NCBI RefSeq assembly: GCF_009914755.1
Contig: NC_060931.1
DNA from: the human T2T-CHM13v2.0 reference genome, Homo sapiens
Reading direction: 5' to 3' (one strand)
DNA: 64,000 nt
Shown piece after piece: positions 28,407 to 42,812 of this stretch. Position 1 is the first letter of the stretch. Each line of letters begins with the position of its first letter. The notes under the pieces were generated by a model, which was not told the DNA's origin, did no database searches, and worked only from the letters and a program-made list of their open reading frames with translations. The position numbers were made by a program, and so were the translations under genes.

Positions 28407-28859
28407 TGACATGGTTTGGCTGTGTCCACATCCAAATTTCATCTTGAATTGTAGTTTCCATAATCCCCACATGTCATGGGAGGGGCCCAGTGGGAGGTAA
28501 TTTAATCATAGGGGCAGTTACCCTCATGCTGTTCTTATGATAGTGAGTTCTCACAAGATCTGATGGTTTTATAAGGGGCTCTTCCCCCTTTTGCTTGGCA
28601 CTTTTCTTGCCTGTTGCAATGTAAGATATGTCTTTGCATCTCCTTTGCCTTCTGCCATGATTGTGAGGCCTCCCCAGCCATAAGGAACTGGCAGTTCCCC
28701 TGCACATCCTCTCTTGCCTGCCACCATGTAAGACTTGCCTTTGCTCCTCCTTCACCTTCCACCATGATTGTGAGGTCTCCCCAGCCATGTGGAAGTGAGT
28801 CCATTAAACCTCTTTTTCTCAGGTATTCCTTCATAGCAGTATGAAAATGGACTAATACA
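28407..28859 (+). mobile_element. THE1 solo LTR with duplicated/chimeric middle
   Basis: TG...CA ends; perfect TSD ACAAG at 28402-28406 and 28860-28864; 453 bp long. Confidence 0.93.
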
Positions 28860-29406
28860 ACAAGTATGCCCACTTTCACCACTCCTATGTTGAATAGAAG
28901 CTGTTCTACATAGCACATGCTGTAGTGTTGAAAATGCTAGCCAGAACAATAAAGCAAGAGAAAGAAATAAAAGTCTTTCAGATTGGAAAAAGAGAAAGTC
29001 AAATTGTCCATCTGCAGATGACGTTATCTTAAATTTAGAAAAACCTAAAGATGCCACCAGAAGGCCCTTAGATCTGATAATTACACTCAGTAAAGTTGCA
29101 GGATACAAAATCAATATACAAAAATTAGTAGTGTTTTTATACACCAATAATGAACTAGCTGAGAAATATATCAAGAAGCAACTTTCATTTATATAGGTAC
29201 AGAAATTAAAATATGTAGGAATAAATTTAACAAGGAGGTGAAGGCCTCTACAAGGGAAACAAAACTAACACTAATGAAAGAAGTTGAGGAGGATGCAAAC
29301 AAATACATTCCATTTGTTTGTATCCTCCTTAACTTCTTTCATTAGTTTTAGTTTGTGTTCCATACTCATGGTTTGGAAAAATTAACATCTTTAAAATGAT
29401 AGTACC

Positions 29407-29849
29407 TGTATTAGGGTTCTCTAGAGGGACAGAACCAATGGAATGAATGAATATATATGTATATATGAGTTTATTAAGTATTAACTTACGTGATCATAAG
29501 GTCCCAGAATGGGCTGTATGTAGGCTGTAAAGCAAGGAGAGCCAGTCTGAGTTCCAAAACTGAAGAACCTGGAGTCCAATGTTTGAGGGCAGGAAGCATC
29601 CAGCATGGGAGAAAGATGTAGGCTGGGAGGCTAGACCAGTCTCTCTCTTCACATTTTTCTGCCTGGTTATATTCTAGCTGTGCTGGCAGCTGATTAGATT
29701 GTGCATACCCAGATTAAAGATGGATCTACCTTTCCCAGCCCACTGACTCAAATGTTAATCTCCTTTGGCAACATCCTCACAGATACACCCAGGATCAATA
29801 CTTTGTATCCTTCAATCCAGTCAAGTTGACAATCAGTATTAACATCACA
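29407..29849 (-). mobile_element. MLT2A (HERV-L) solo LTR
   Basis: tgtattagggttctctagagggacagaac...caagttgacaatcagtattaacatcaca; reverse homolog of the LTR at 50243. Confidence 0.9.
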
Positions 29850-32019
29850 ATACTCAAGGAAATCTATGGATTTAATGCAATCTGTAGCAAAATACCAATA
29901 TCATTTTTCACTGTAATAGAAAAAGTAATCCCAGAGTTTATATAAAACAATTAAAAAGCCCAAGTAGCCAAGCAATGTTGAGCAAAAAGAACAAAGCTGA
30001 AAGCATCACATTACCTGACTTCAAAATATATTATAAGCCTATAGTAACTAAAATGGCATGGTATTGGTGTAAAAATGGACACATGACCAATGGAGTAGAA
30101 TACAGAATTCATGTATTTACAGCAAAATTTTGACAAAGGCATCAAGGATATACACTGAGGAAAGGACATCATCTTCAACAAACAGTGCTGGGAAAATTAG
30201 ATATCCATATGCAGAAGAATGAAATCGGACCCCTATCTCTCACCATATATAAAAAAATTAACATGAGATGGATTCAAGACTGAAATGGAAGACCCGAAGC
30301 TGTAAAAATAATATGGAAAACTCTTCTGGACATTAGTCTAGGCAAATAATTCATGACTAAGACCTCAAAAGCACAGGCAGCAAAAACAAAAGTAGACAAA
30401 TGGGAGCTAATTAAAGTAAAAAGCTTCTACACAGCAAGGGAAACAGTCAACAGGGTGAAGAGACAACCTATTGAGCTGGAGAAAATGTTTGCCAATTATT
30501 CATTTGATAAGGGAATAATATCCAGAATAGACAAAGAACTCAACAACTCAACACTAAAAACACACATAATCACATTAAAAAGTAGGCAAAGGCCATGAGT
30601 AGACATTCTCAAAAGAAGACATAAAAATGGACAACAGGTATATGAAAAATGCTCACATCACTAATGATCGGAGAAATGTAAATAAAAACCACAATAAGAT
30701 ATCATTTTATCTCAGTTAGAATGACTATTATTAAAAAGACAAAAATAACAGGAAATGGCATGGATGCAAAGTAAAGGGAACTCTTATATACCATTGGTGG
30801 GAAGGTAAATTACTACAGCCACTATGGAAAACAGTATGGAGATTTTTTTTTTGAACACTTAGAACTACCAAAATATCCATCAATCTCACTACTGGGTATT
30901 AATCCTGTGAAAAAGAAATCAGCCTATCAAAATATCCCTGCACCCTCATGTTTATTGCAGCACTATTCACAATAGCAATGATATAGAATCAACCTAAGTG
31001 TTCAACACTAGACAAATGGATAAAGAAAATATTATATATATATTATATATGTTATATATTATATACATTCTATATTTATATATATTATATATTTTTATGT
31101 ATAATATATTATATATATGATGTATATTATATATATATATGCAGTGGCCATACAAAAATGAAATCATGTAATTTGCAGCAACATGGATGAAACAGGAGGT
31201 CATTATGTCAAGTGAAATAAGCTAGGCAAAGAAAGACAAGTATTGCCTATGCTCACTCATATGTGGGAGCTAAAAATGTTGATAGCACTGAGTTGGAGAG
31301 TAGAATGATAGTTTTCAGAGGCTGGGAATGTAGAAGGGTGGGATGAAGAGATGTTTGCTAATGGGTGCAAACATACAGTTAAATAGAAGGAATACATTCT
31401 AATGTTTAATAGCAGAGTAGGTGAATATAGCTAACAACAATGTATTGCATATTTTAAAATAGCTAGAAGAGAGGACTTGAAATGGTCCCAACACATAGAA
31501 ATAATAAATACTTGAGGTAATGGAGGCCCTACATACCCTGACTTGAGCATTACATGCTATACATGTAACAAAATATTACATGTACCCCACAAATATGAAC
31601 CAATATGTCAATAATAATATTTTTAAAATAAAAAATTAAGGTATAAACATCTAACAACAAAGTTCTAAAATACATGAAGTAAAAACTGACAGATAGGAAA
31701 AGAAATGCAGACAAACAATTTAAGTTGGAGATTGGATACTCCAAATTTTCACATTCAGTAATGCATAAAACAACTAGACAAATAATTAATAAGGACATAG
31801 AAGGCTTGAACAACACTGTCAGTCAACTTGACTTAATACTAACATGGAGCTTCTTGAGGATATACTCTATTCACTGTTCTAGACGATAAAAAATCTCTCA
31901 AAAACTTTAGTAAAAACCATACAGGGTATGCTTTCTAGCCACAAGATAATTTAAAAATCAATAACAAAAATAAATTTGAAATATCCCCAAATATTTGAAA
32001 ATTTAAAAACACGCAGGCT

Positions 32020-34163
<2,144 letters not shown>

Positions 34164-34249
34164 CACTTTCAAATAATATATTAGTCAAGAAAAAACCAGA
34201 AAACTAGAAAATTAGTTGAATGAAAATAAAAACAAACATTTCAAAATGT

Positions 34250-35040
34250 CTTGTGTGTTAGTTTTCAATGTATTGCATAGGAGCTCACAGCCATCTTTGT
34301 TGAGCTCTGTGATAATGGAGGTGGGCTTTGTTACTATTTCACCACTGCCAGTTGGCCAATGTTAAGGTTGTCAGTAAAGGATGCTGGGGAGACATGGCTC
34401 TTATATTTCTTTTTCCAGTATGTCCCATTTGCTAGTATCCTGCAAAGAAGATTTTATCTAGTTCTAGAGCCCTGAACACTTGATGTTTTTCTTGTGGTAC
34501 ACTGCTGCAGGGTGCAGTTTTCTCTAGGATTCAGCTTTTACAAAGCTTGTTGTTTTCCTGTGCTAAACTCCTCCAGGGTAAAGTTTCCTCCATATCTAGT
34601 TCTGCAGGGTCTGATTTTTCCTACATCTGACTCCTTCAGAAGATTACTTCCCCAGGTTCTAGTTTCAGATTCTGTGGTGGCCAGAAGCTTCCAACAGCCA
34701 ACAACTTCTACTAGCATCTCCTCCAGATGATTTACAGTGGAGTTCCACCAGCAAGACATCTACCAATAAATAGCCTCTCTTAGAACTCTATCAATAGACT
34801 GCAAGCTCTAATGTGCTGAACATCCCTGTAGGTGGCTTTCTCTGGCAACCCAAATGACATATTTAAGCAAGTAATCTCAGCAGCTTCTCATTCATCCAGT
34901 AAGCTTTGCGTTTGCCCTTTCCAATAAGGTCTTGATTATAGCTTGGAGTGCGTGTGAGATGTTTTTCAGGTGTTCTATCTCAGTCCTATGGTTGATCTTT
35001 AATCCATTATTTCTGTATTATTTGAAGTCCTCTTTTATGC
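34250..35040. mobile_element. Probable old ERVL-type LTR interrupting L1M
   Basis: Non-L1 block within L1M ORF2 with motifs loosely like LTR33/LTR41; family uncertain. Confidence 0.3.
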
Positions 35041-36879
35041 TTTTAGCAAGACCTACTAAAAACAGAAGAAAGATACAAATTACTAAAATGAGTAATAAGA
35101 TAGCAATGTCTCTCAGACTGCAGAAATTAACAGGATATTAGGGGATTATGATGAGTAACTTTATGCAAAAACACTTAAAAATTTAGATGAAATGGACAAT
35201 TTCATGAAAAGACACAAGTAATCAAAACTGACTTAAGGAGAAATAGAAAACTCAAATAGACCTGTAACAAGTAAATAAATTGCATCAGTAATTTCAAACT
35301 ACTTCATAAAGAAAAGTCCAACTTTGGAGGGCTTCATTTATTATTTCTATTGGACAACTCTGGAATAAATAATATCAATCGTACAAAGACCTTTCAAAAA
35401 CTAAGGGAGGAAACACTTCCTAGCTATTTCTATGAGGCCAGTGTTGCACTGATACCAAGCCAGACAAACATCTCAAGAAAATAAAATGTTATTTCAGTAT
35501 CCTTTATGGACGTAGACACAAAAATCTCTAATAAAATATTAACAAATCAAATCTGGCAGTATCAGAATAAGATTATACATTATGACCTTGTGTAATATAT
35601 TCTCAGAATGCAAGTTTCATTAACATTTGAAAGTCAATTAATGCAACACACCAAATTATCAAATAATTATTTCAGAGACATAGAACAAACATTTGATACA
35701 ATTCAACATTCATTTATGATTTTAAAACACATACAAGTTCTCATCAATGTAGAAATGGAAGAGAATTTAGCCTGAAAAAGGGCATCTGTGGAAAAAAAGA
35801 AAAAAATGTCAGTTAATATCACACATAATGTTGAAAGACTTGGTGTTGTCCCCTTACTAGGAGATGCGGACAATTCTGTACTGGGCTGGTGCAAGAAGTT
35901 CCAAGGCAATTATAATAATTAAAGTCATAATATTGTCTTTGAAATAATCTAGACAAATAATCTTTGTAGATGAAATAATCTTGTTTGCAGAAAATCCAAT
36001 GCAATCTGCAAAAAAGATCTGATATGCACATTTAGCAAGGTTGTAGGATGCAAGATCAATATATTGAATTAATTACATTTTTATAGGCTAGCAACACACA
36101 GCCAAATAATGCAAATAAGGAAAAAATTCCATTTACAATAGCATCAAAAATAAAATTGTGAGGTAAGAACTGAACACTGAAACTAAAAAACACTGTTGAG
36201 AGAAAATAAAAATACAAATAAATGGAGAGATGATTGCGTTCAAAGATTGAAAGACTCAATTTGTTAATGAACATTTTTCCAATATTGTCCTATAGACTCA
36301 GTGCAATTGTTATCAAATTTCTTTTAGTTGTTTTTGTGGAAACTGACAAGCTTATCTTAAAATTTGTATCAAAATACAATGACCTGGGGTGGCCAAAATA
36401 ATTTTGTAAACAAGCAGTGTTAGGGCCTCCACAACATGATATTAATAAAGCTACAGTTATTACAGAAAAAAGCTGCAGTTATTAAGACATGTAGCATTGG
36501 TGCAAAAATACACACAGAGATCAATAGAACAAAATGATAAGTCTAGAAGTAAGTTCTCATCTTTTTGGGTAATTGACTTTTGACAATGATGCATTCATTA
36601 TTCAATGCATAAAAAATAGAAGATATTTTCAATGAATGCAATTGTACCTCCATATACAAAAAAAAAATCAGAAAGCAAAGAAGGAAGGAAGGAAGGAAGA
36701 AAGGAAAAAGAAGGAAATAACTGAGTCCCCTAGCTCACACAAAACATTCACCAACTGATTCTATACTTCTTAACTTTGTCTAGAGTACTTCTATCTGCAC
36801 CGCAGCCTCCTTAGAAGATATTATTTCTCACTTGCATAAATCTGAGTTCCCCCATATAATCAGTCTATGCTTCCCTAAA

Positions 36880-37465
36880 AACATTCTGAAATTGTTGTCA
36901 GAGTGAACTTTCTGAAAACTAAATAAGATGTTTTAAGCCAGTTAAGAGCATACCAATGGTCTTTGAACAAAGAAAGAAAGAAAGAAAGAAAAAAACCCTT
37001 AACATAGCGAATAAACTCAACATAATATGGCCCCTATATTTTCCCCTATCTAATATATTTTTTTCAAATTTTCTAGCACTCTCCTCAAACCAAAAGAAGG
37101 CCAGTGTGGTTCCTCAAACTCACTATGCTTCCTCTTCTTACAGAGCCTTTGCATATACTGCCTGGAATATTCTCTCTCCCATTCTTAATTTACTTCAACT
37201 CATTATTTCATTTTAGAATCCAGTGCCGTTTCTCAAGGAAGTTTTCTTTCTCTTGTTCCCATAGCACCATGTATCTCTTGTATTTCCTGTATAGCATTTT
37301 CACATTAGTAATTTTCCAATTTTAATAATGTTTCTCTTCTGTGCTAGACATAAGCAGACAGACTCTATTTTCGTTCACCATTTTATCCCACTACTTAGCA
37401 CAGTGTTTGACAGTTAGAACATCTTCAAAAAATATTTTCTGAATAAATAAGTGGCTAAATAAATG
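36880..37465 (+). mobile_element. L2 3' end
   Basis: agcctttgcatatactgcctggaat...cttagcacagtgtttgaca...aatattttctgaataaata. Confidence 0.7.
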
Positions 37466-38059
37466 GAAAATTCTCAGATTGATGCATACTAGAAACAAAT
37501 ATAAAACTAAACAACCCTTTTGTACTAACTCTGTAAGTGCAAGAATTGAGGTTCAGTCAACTTCAGAGCACTCTTCTTTTCTATCTCACCTGGTAGTGGT
37601 AGAGACATTTGGTGTCTTGGGTTTCATCTAAAATGCCCCATGATAGCTAAGCAATGCCAAGCACACAGAAGGCCCTCGACGAACAACTGTTGAATTACGT
37701 GGTGCATTGATTATATTTGTTCTTTGTAACCAGATTCGGTTTTAGGATTCCATTCTTCCTTAAGAAAGACTAATGATGACATCGGAAATAGGGACCTCTG
37801 CAGTATGACCTGAAGGCTCAATGCCTTTTAATCAACTGGAGTCAGTTGATTCCAATGATGACACCAATCCGTCCTTCCTAATTCAAAAGAACCTGCAGAC
37901 ATGTGCTTGATGAGAACACTATACCCACTTCGGCTCTGTTTTCCTTTGATTAATATTAGGTGTGTCATCAAGTACATGCCTCATCCCCTGTTGGAGGAGA
38001 TGGCGTCTTGTTAGCAGGGCTTTTTCCTTGTGCCATCCTGTGTTTGAAAAAGGCTTTTT

Positions 38060-38152
38060 CAATTGCAACAAAAGCAAAAATTGACAATGGGATCTAATTA
38101 AACTAAAGAGCTTCTGCACAGCAAAAGAAACTATCATCAGAGTGAACAGACA
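38060..38152 (+). mobile_element. Isolated internal L1PA ORF2 fragment
   Basis: caattgcaacaaaagcaaaaattgac...aaactatcatcagagtgaacagaca; no poly(A) or TSD. Confidence 0.9.
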
Positions 38153-38265
38153 TCCAAATTCTTTGGAGATGTTTTTTCCCCCCTTCATCTTCATATCAAA
38201 CACCTCTCTAGTTGCCTTTGCTCATTCGATCTGATCTGTAACAGGTAGTAGGGATCAACTAAATC

Positions 38266-38497
38266 ACAGTTTTTCAAACTATGAGATACTATTCATTAGT
38301 GGGTTGTGAAATCAATTCATAGTTCCCCATAAGATTTTTAAAATATGAAATAGAATAGTGAAGACTAGAGAGCATTAGAAAACAAGGTGATTAGTAAGAG
38401 TAAGTCTTGTATCATGTGCATGTGTGTCTGTGTCGTGTATGTGTGTATGCACATGTGCATGAGGTCACAGTATAAAATGCATATCTTTACTCAGGTC
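38266..38497. mobile_element. MER103C-like hAT remnant
   Basis: cagtttttcaaact...cattagtgggttgtgaaatcaatt...gtcacagtataaaatgcatatctttact. Confidence 0.6.
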
Positions 38498-38807
38498 AAT
38501 AGGCATATGTATATATGTATGTATTTTCTTCCCTCCCTAACTGCTATTTGAGGATGTTTAGTTAATGTGTTTAATTAGTTATATCCATTTCAAGTAATTA
38601 AAATCAGTTAAAATCAGAGGAATCTTTAAGTAGTAACCCAAAGGCTGAGTTGACTGTGTTGTCGCATGTTTAAAAGTCATATGGTAAATCCCTTCTCTCA
38701 GCATAACTGTGATGGTTGCCGGAGCTGTGGGCCAAGTCTTGCAGAAGTGTCCACCACATCATAGTACAGCGTAGGCACAGGATGGAAACTTCTTCGATTA
38801 TCCTCAG

Positions 38808-41438
38808 TGATAGGGTCTGGCTCTATGTCCCCATCCAAATATCATCTTGAATTGTGATCCGAATTGTAATCCCCACGTGTTGTGGGAAGGAACTTGCAGG
38901 AGGTGATTAGATCACTATGGGGGGTCCCCCCATGCTGTTCTAGTGATAGTGAGTGAGTTCTCATGAGATCTGATGGTTTTATAAGGGGTTTTCTCCCCTT
39001 CACTGTGCATTTCTCCTTCCTGCAGCCCTGTGAAGAAGAATATGTTTGCTTTCCCTTCTGCCATGATTGTAAAGTTTCCTGAGGCCTCCCCAGCCCTGCA
39101 GAACTGTGAGTCAGTTAAACCTCTTTCCTTTATAAATTACCCAGTCTTGGGTAATTCCTTATTAGCAGTATGAGAATGGACTAATACAGTAAATTGGTAC
39201 CAGGTAGTGGTGTGCAGCTGTAAAGATAGCCAAAAATGTGAAAGTGACTTTGGAACTGGGTAACAGGAAGAGGTTGGAACAGTTTGGAGGGCTCAGGAGA
39301 AGACAGGAAGATGTGGAAAAATTTGATATTCCCTAGAGACTTACTGAATGGCTTTGACCAAAATGCTGATCATGATATGGACAATGAAGTCCAGGCTGAG
39401 TTGGTCTCAGATGGAGATGAGGAACTTGTTGGGAATGGAAATGAAGGTGACTCTTGCTATGCTTTAGCAAAGGGACTGGTGGCATTTTGCCCCTGCCCTA
39501 GAGATCTGTAGGACTTTGAACTTGAGAGAGAAGATTTAGGGTATCTGGTGAAAGAAATTTCTAAGTGGCAAAGTGTTCAAGAGGAAGCAGAGCATAAATG
39601 TTTAGAAAATTTGCAGCCTGGGCCAGGTGCGGTAGCTCACGCCTGTAATCCCAGCACTTTGGGAGGCCAAGGGAGGCAGATCATGAGGTCAGGAGATCAA
39701 GACCATCCTGGCCAACACGGTGAAACCGTGTCTCTACTAAAAATACAAAAATTAGCTGGGTGTGGTGGTGCATGCCTGTAATCCCAGCTACTCAGGAGGC
39801 TGAGGAAGGAGAATCATTTAAACTAGGGAGTCAGATGTTGCAGTGAGGCAAGATCACACCACTGCACTCCAGCAAGGTCAAAGAGCAAGTCTCCATCTGA
39901 TAAAAAAAAAAAAAGACAGAAAAAAAGAGAAGAAAATTTGCAGCCTGACTATGCAATAGAAAAGAAGAACCCGTTTTCTGGGGAGAAAGTCAAGCCTGCT
40001 GTAGAAATTTGCATAAGTAACCAAAAGCCTAATATTAATCACCTAAACAATGAGGAAAATGCCTCCAGGGCATGTCAGAGACCTACACAGCAGCCCCTCC
40101 TATCACAGGCATAGAGGGCTGAGGGAAAAATGGTTTCATGGGCTGGGATCAGGGTCCCCCTGCTCTATGCAGCCTCAGGACATGGTGCCCTGTGTCCCAG
40201 ATGCTTCAGCTCCAACCATGGTTAAAAAGGGCCATGGTACAGCTGAGGCCATTACTTTGGAGGGTGCAAGCCCCAACCCTTGGTGGCTTAAATGTGGTGT
40301 TGGGCCTGTGGGTGCACAGAATTCAAGAACTGAGGTTGGGGAACCTCCACCTAGATTTCAGAGGATGTATGCAAATGCCTGGATATCCAGGCAGACGCCT
40401 GCTGCAGGGGTGGAGCCTGCATGGAGAACCTCTGTTAGGGCAGTGTGGAAGGAAAATGCAGCATGGGAGCCCCCAAACAGAGTCCCCACTGGGGCACTGC
40501 CTAGTAGAACTGTGAGAAGAGGGCCATCATCCTCCAGACCCCAGAATGGTAGATCCACTGACAGCTTGCACCGTGCACCTGGAAAAGCCACAGACACTCA
40601 ATGCCAGCCCATGAAAGCAGCTGGGAGGGGTGCTGTCCCCTGAAAAGCCACAAGGATGGAGCGGCCCAAAGCCATGGGAGCCCACTTCTTACATCAGCAT
40701 GACCTGGATGTGAGACATGGAGCCAAAGGAGATCACTTTGGAGTTTTAAGGTTTAATGACTGCCCTATTGTATTTTGGACTTTCATGGGGCATATAGCCC
40801 CTTTGTTTTGACCAATTTCTTCCATTTGGAATGGGTGTATTTACCCCATTCCTGAACCACGATTGTATCTAGGAAGTAACTAACTTGCTTTTGATTTTAC
40901 AGGCTCATAGGCAGAAAGGACTTGCCTTGTCTCAGATAAGACTATGGACTTGGAATTTGGGTTAATGCTGAAATGAGTTAAGACTTTAGGGAACTGTTGG
41001 GAAGTCATAGTTGTGTTTTGAAATATGAGAAATATGAGATTAGGGCAGGGCCAGGAGCAGAATGATGTGGTCTGGCTCTGTGTCCCAACCCAATCTCATC
41101 TTGAATTGTAATACTAATTATAATCCCATGTGTTGGGGAAGTGACCTCCTGGGAGGTGATTAGATCACGGGGGCAGTCCCCCCATGCTGTTCTCATGATA
41201 GTAAGTTCTCATGAGATCTAATGGTTTTATAAGGGGTTTTCCCCACTTTGCTCTGAACTTCTCCCTGCTGCTGCCCTTCACACAAGAGGGACGTGTTTGC
41301 TTTCCTTTCTGCCATGTTCATAAGTCTCCTGAGGCCACCCCAGCCCTGTGGAACTATGAGTCAATTAAAACTCTTTCCTTTATAAATTATCTAATCTCAG
41401 GTATGTCTTTATTAGCAGTGTGAGAATGTACTAATACA
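38808..41438 (+). mobile_element. THE1D-like provirus: LTR 38808-39188, internal, LTR 41063-41438
   Basis: Two LTRs; perfect TSD CTCAG at 38803-38807 and 41439-41443. Confidence 0.95.
39621..39930 (+). mobile_element. AluS (Sc-like) inside THE1-int
   Basis: 17-bp TSD agaaaatttgcagcctg at 39604-39620 and 39931-39947. Confidence 0.96.
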
Positions 41439-42457
41439 CTCAGCATGCTTGAAATCATTCATAATTTTTAAAATGCAAATGGTATTCCTTCCAGGCACTG
41501 TGAGGGGCCATGCTAGGACATATTGTATGAGAATCTGCCCTGTGCGTCTCTGAGTTCACCACATCAACATTCCTTCCATTTCCAAGCACTCTCATTTCTG
41601 GCGCCCTGCATCTGCCTCATCTCTGTGTTTCTAAGAATTGAAACACTGGTTAATTGGAAGCAGCTTCACCAGCAGCAGGAACAGATCTAGAAACTGATAG
41701 AAAGTTGCAGTCCAGCTTTTTAAAATATCTTCTGGTGCCAAAGGACATGCCAGGAAGCAGAGGAAACCAAGAATTATTGGGCAGAGGCCCTTGCACTGAA
41801 AACTGCTAGAGTGATTAGTAGCTTGGACCTTGCTTGTATATCTGATGCTCCTTGACCTTGGCTAATTATAACCATGGGCTTTTGAGTGATTTCAGACAAA
41901 AAATGAATATCAAAAGGCAATAAAAAGAATCGTTTCTGAAATCACCACTGCTCCTTCATTCCATAGAAATCAGAGGGAATTTATATTTCTGGGGTGAGCT
42001 GATCAGCATTGGTGGCAAGTGATGGGCTGGTGACCTTGGAGAGCAGAGGAGCTGTGGAGGGGCACAGGTAGGCATACTTCACTCTCCTAGAAACACTCCA
42101 TGTAGCTCAGATCATGTCTTTGCCAGGGGACCAGACCCTCATTTAAATGGCTTGTCCAAAGTAGAATCAGGCTGCTTTAAAAAAAATTGGTACAGATGTT
42201 GGACCCCACTGGCGATCATTTGGAGTCAGAGTGTGTTTTCTGTGGATTCCTTTGCATGTTAAGCTTCAGGTCAGGGAAAAAGCAGCAGTCAGTTAGAGGG
42301 TGTCCTTAAGTTGACATGACTGACTCTGAATGGGGCTAATTGAATCCATTCTCCAGGGGACAAGCTAGGGACCTTGAAGATGGCTTAGTCTCATGAATTT
42401 GATGGAGATCTCTAAAGGGTGCAAGCTTCTAAAGGCACCAGAAGAGGTGTAAGGTGT

Positions 42458-42812
42458 TGCCTCAGTTCATTGGGGCTGCTATCACAAAATACCATAGACT
42501 GCATGGCTAATAAACAACAGAAATTTATTTCTTAAATTTCTGGAGGCTGGGAAGTCCAAGATCAGGCATATTTGGTGTGTGGTGAGGGCCCACTTTCTGG
42601 TTCATAGATGGTGCCTTCTCACTACATCCTCACTCAATTGAAAGGGCAAACAGCTCTCCCACGTCTCTTTTATCAGGGCACCAATCTCATTCACAAGGAC
42701 TCCACCCTCATGGCCTAAGCACCTCCTGAAGGCCCCATCTAACCTCATCACCCGAGGGCTTCGGATTTCAACATATGAATTTCAGGGGGACACCCGTATT
42801 CAGACAACAGTA
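42458..42812 (-). mobile_element. MLT1A-type solo LTR
   Basis: ggctgctatcacaaaataccatagactg...ctggaggctgggaagtccaagatca...ggggacacccgtattcagac. Confidence 0.85.

Larger units (their letters stand above)
23305..31634 (+). mobile_element. Full-length L1MA-type element (5' UTR, decayed ORF1/ORF2, 3' UTR) carrying three nested insertions
   Basis: Starts gggcttcaagatgg with a GC-rich 5' UTR; ORF2 peptides such as MEELDKFLDTYNLPRLNQ; L1MA-type 3' UTR; TSD attaaggtata at 23294-23304 and 31635-31645. ORFs are disrupted. Confidence 0.9.
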
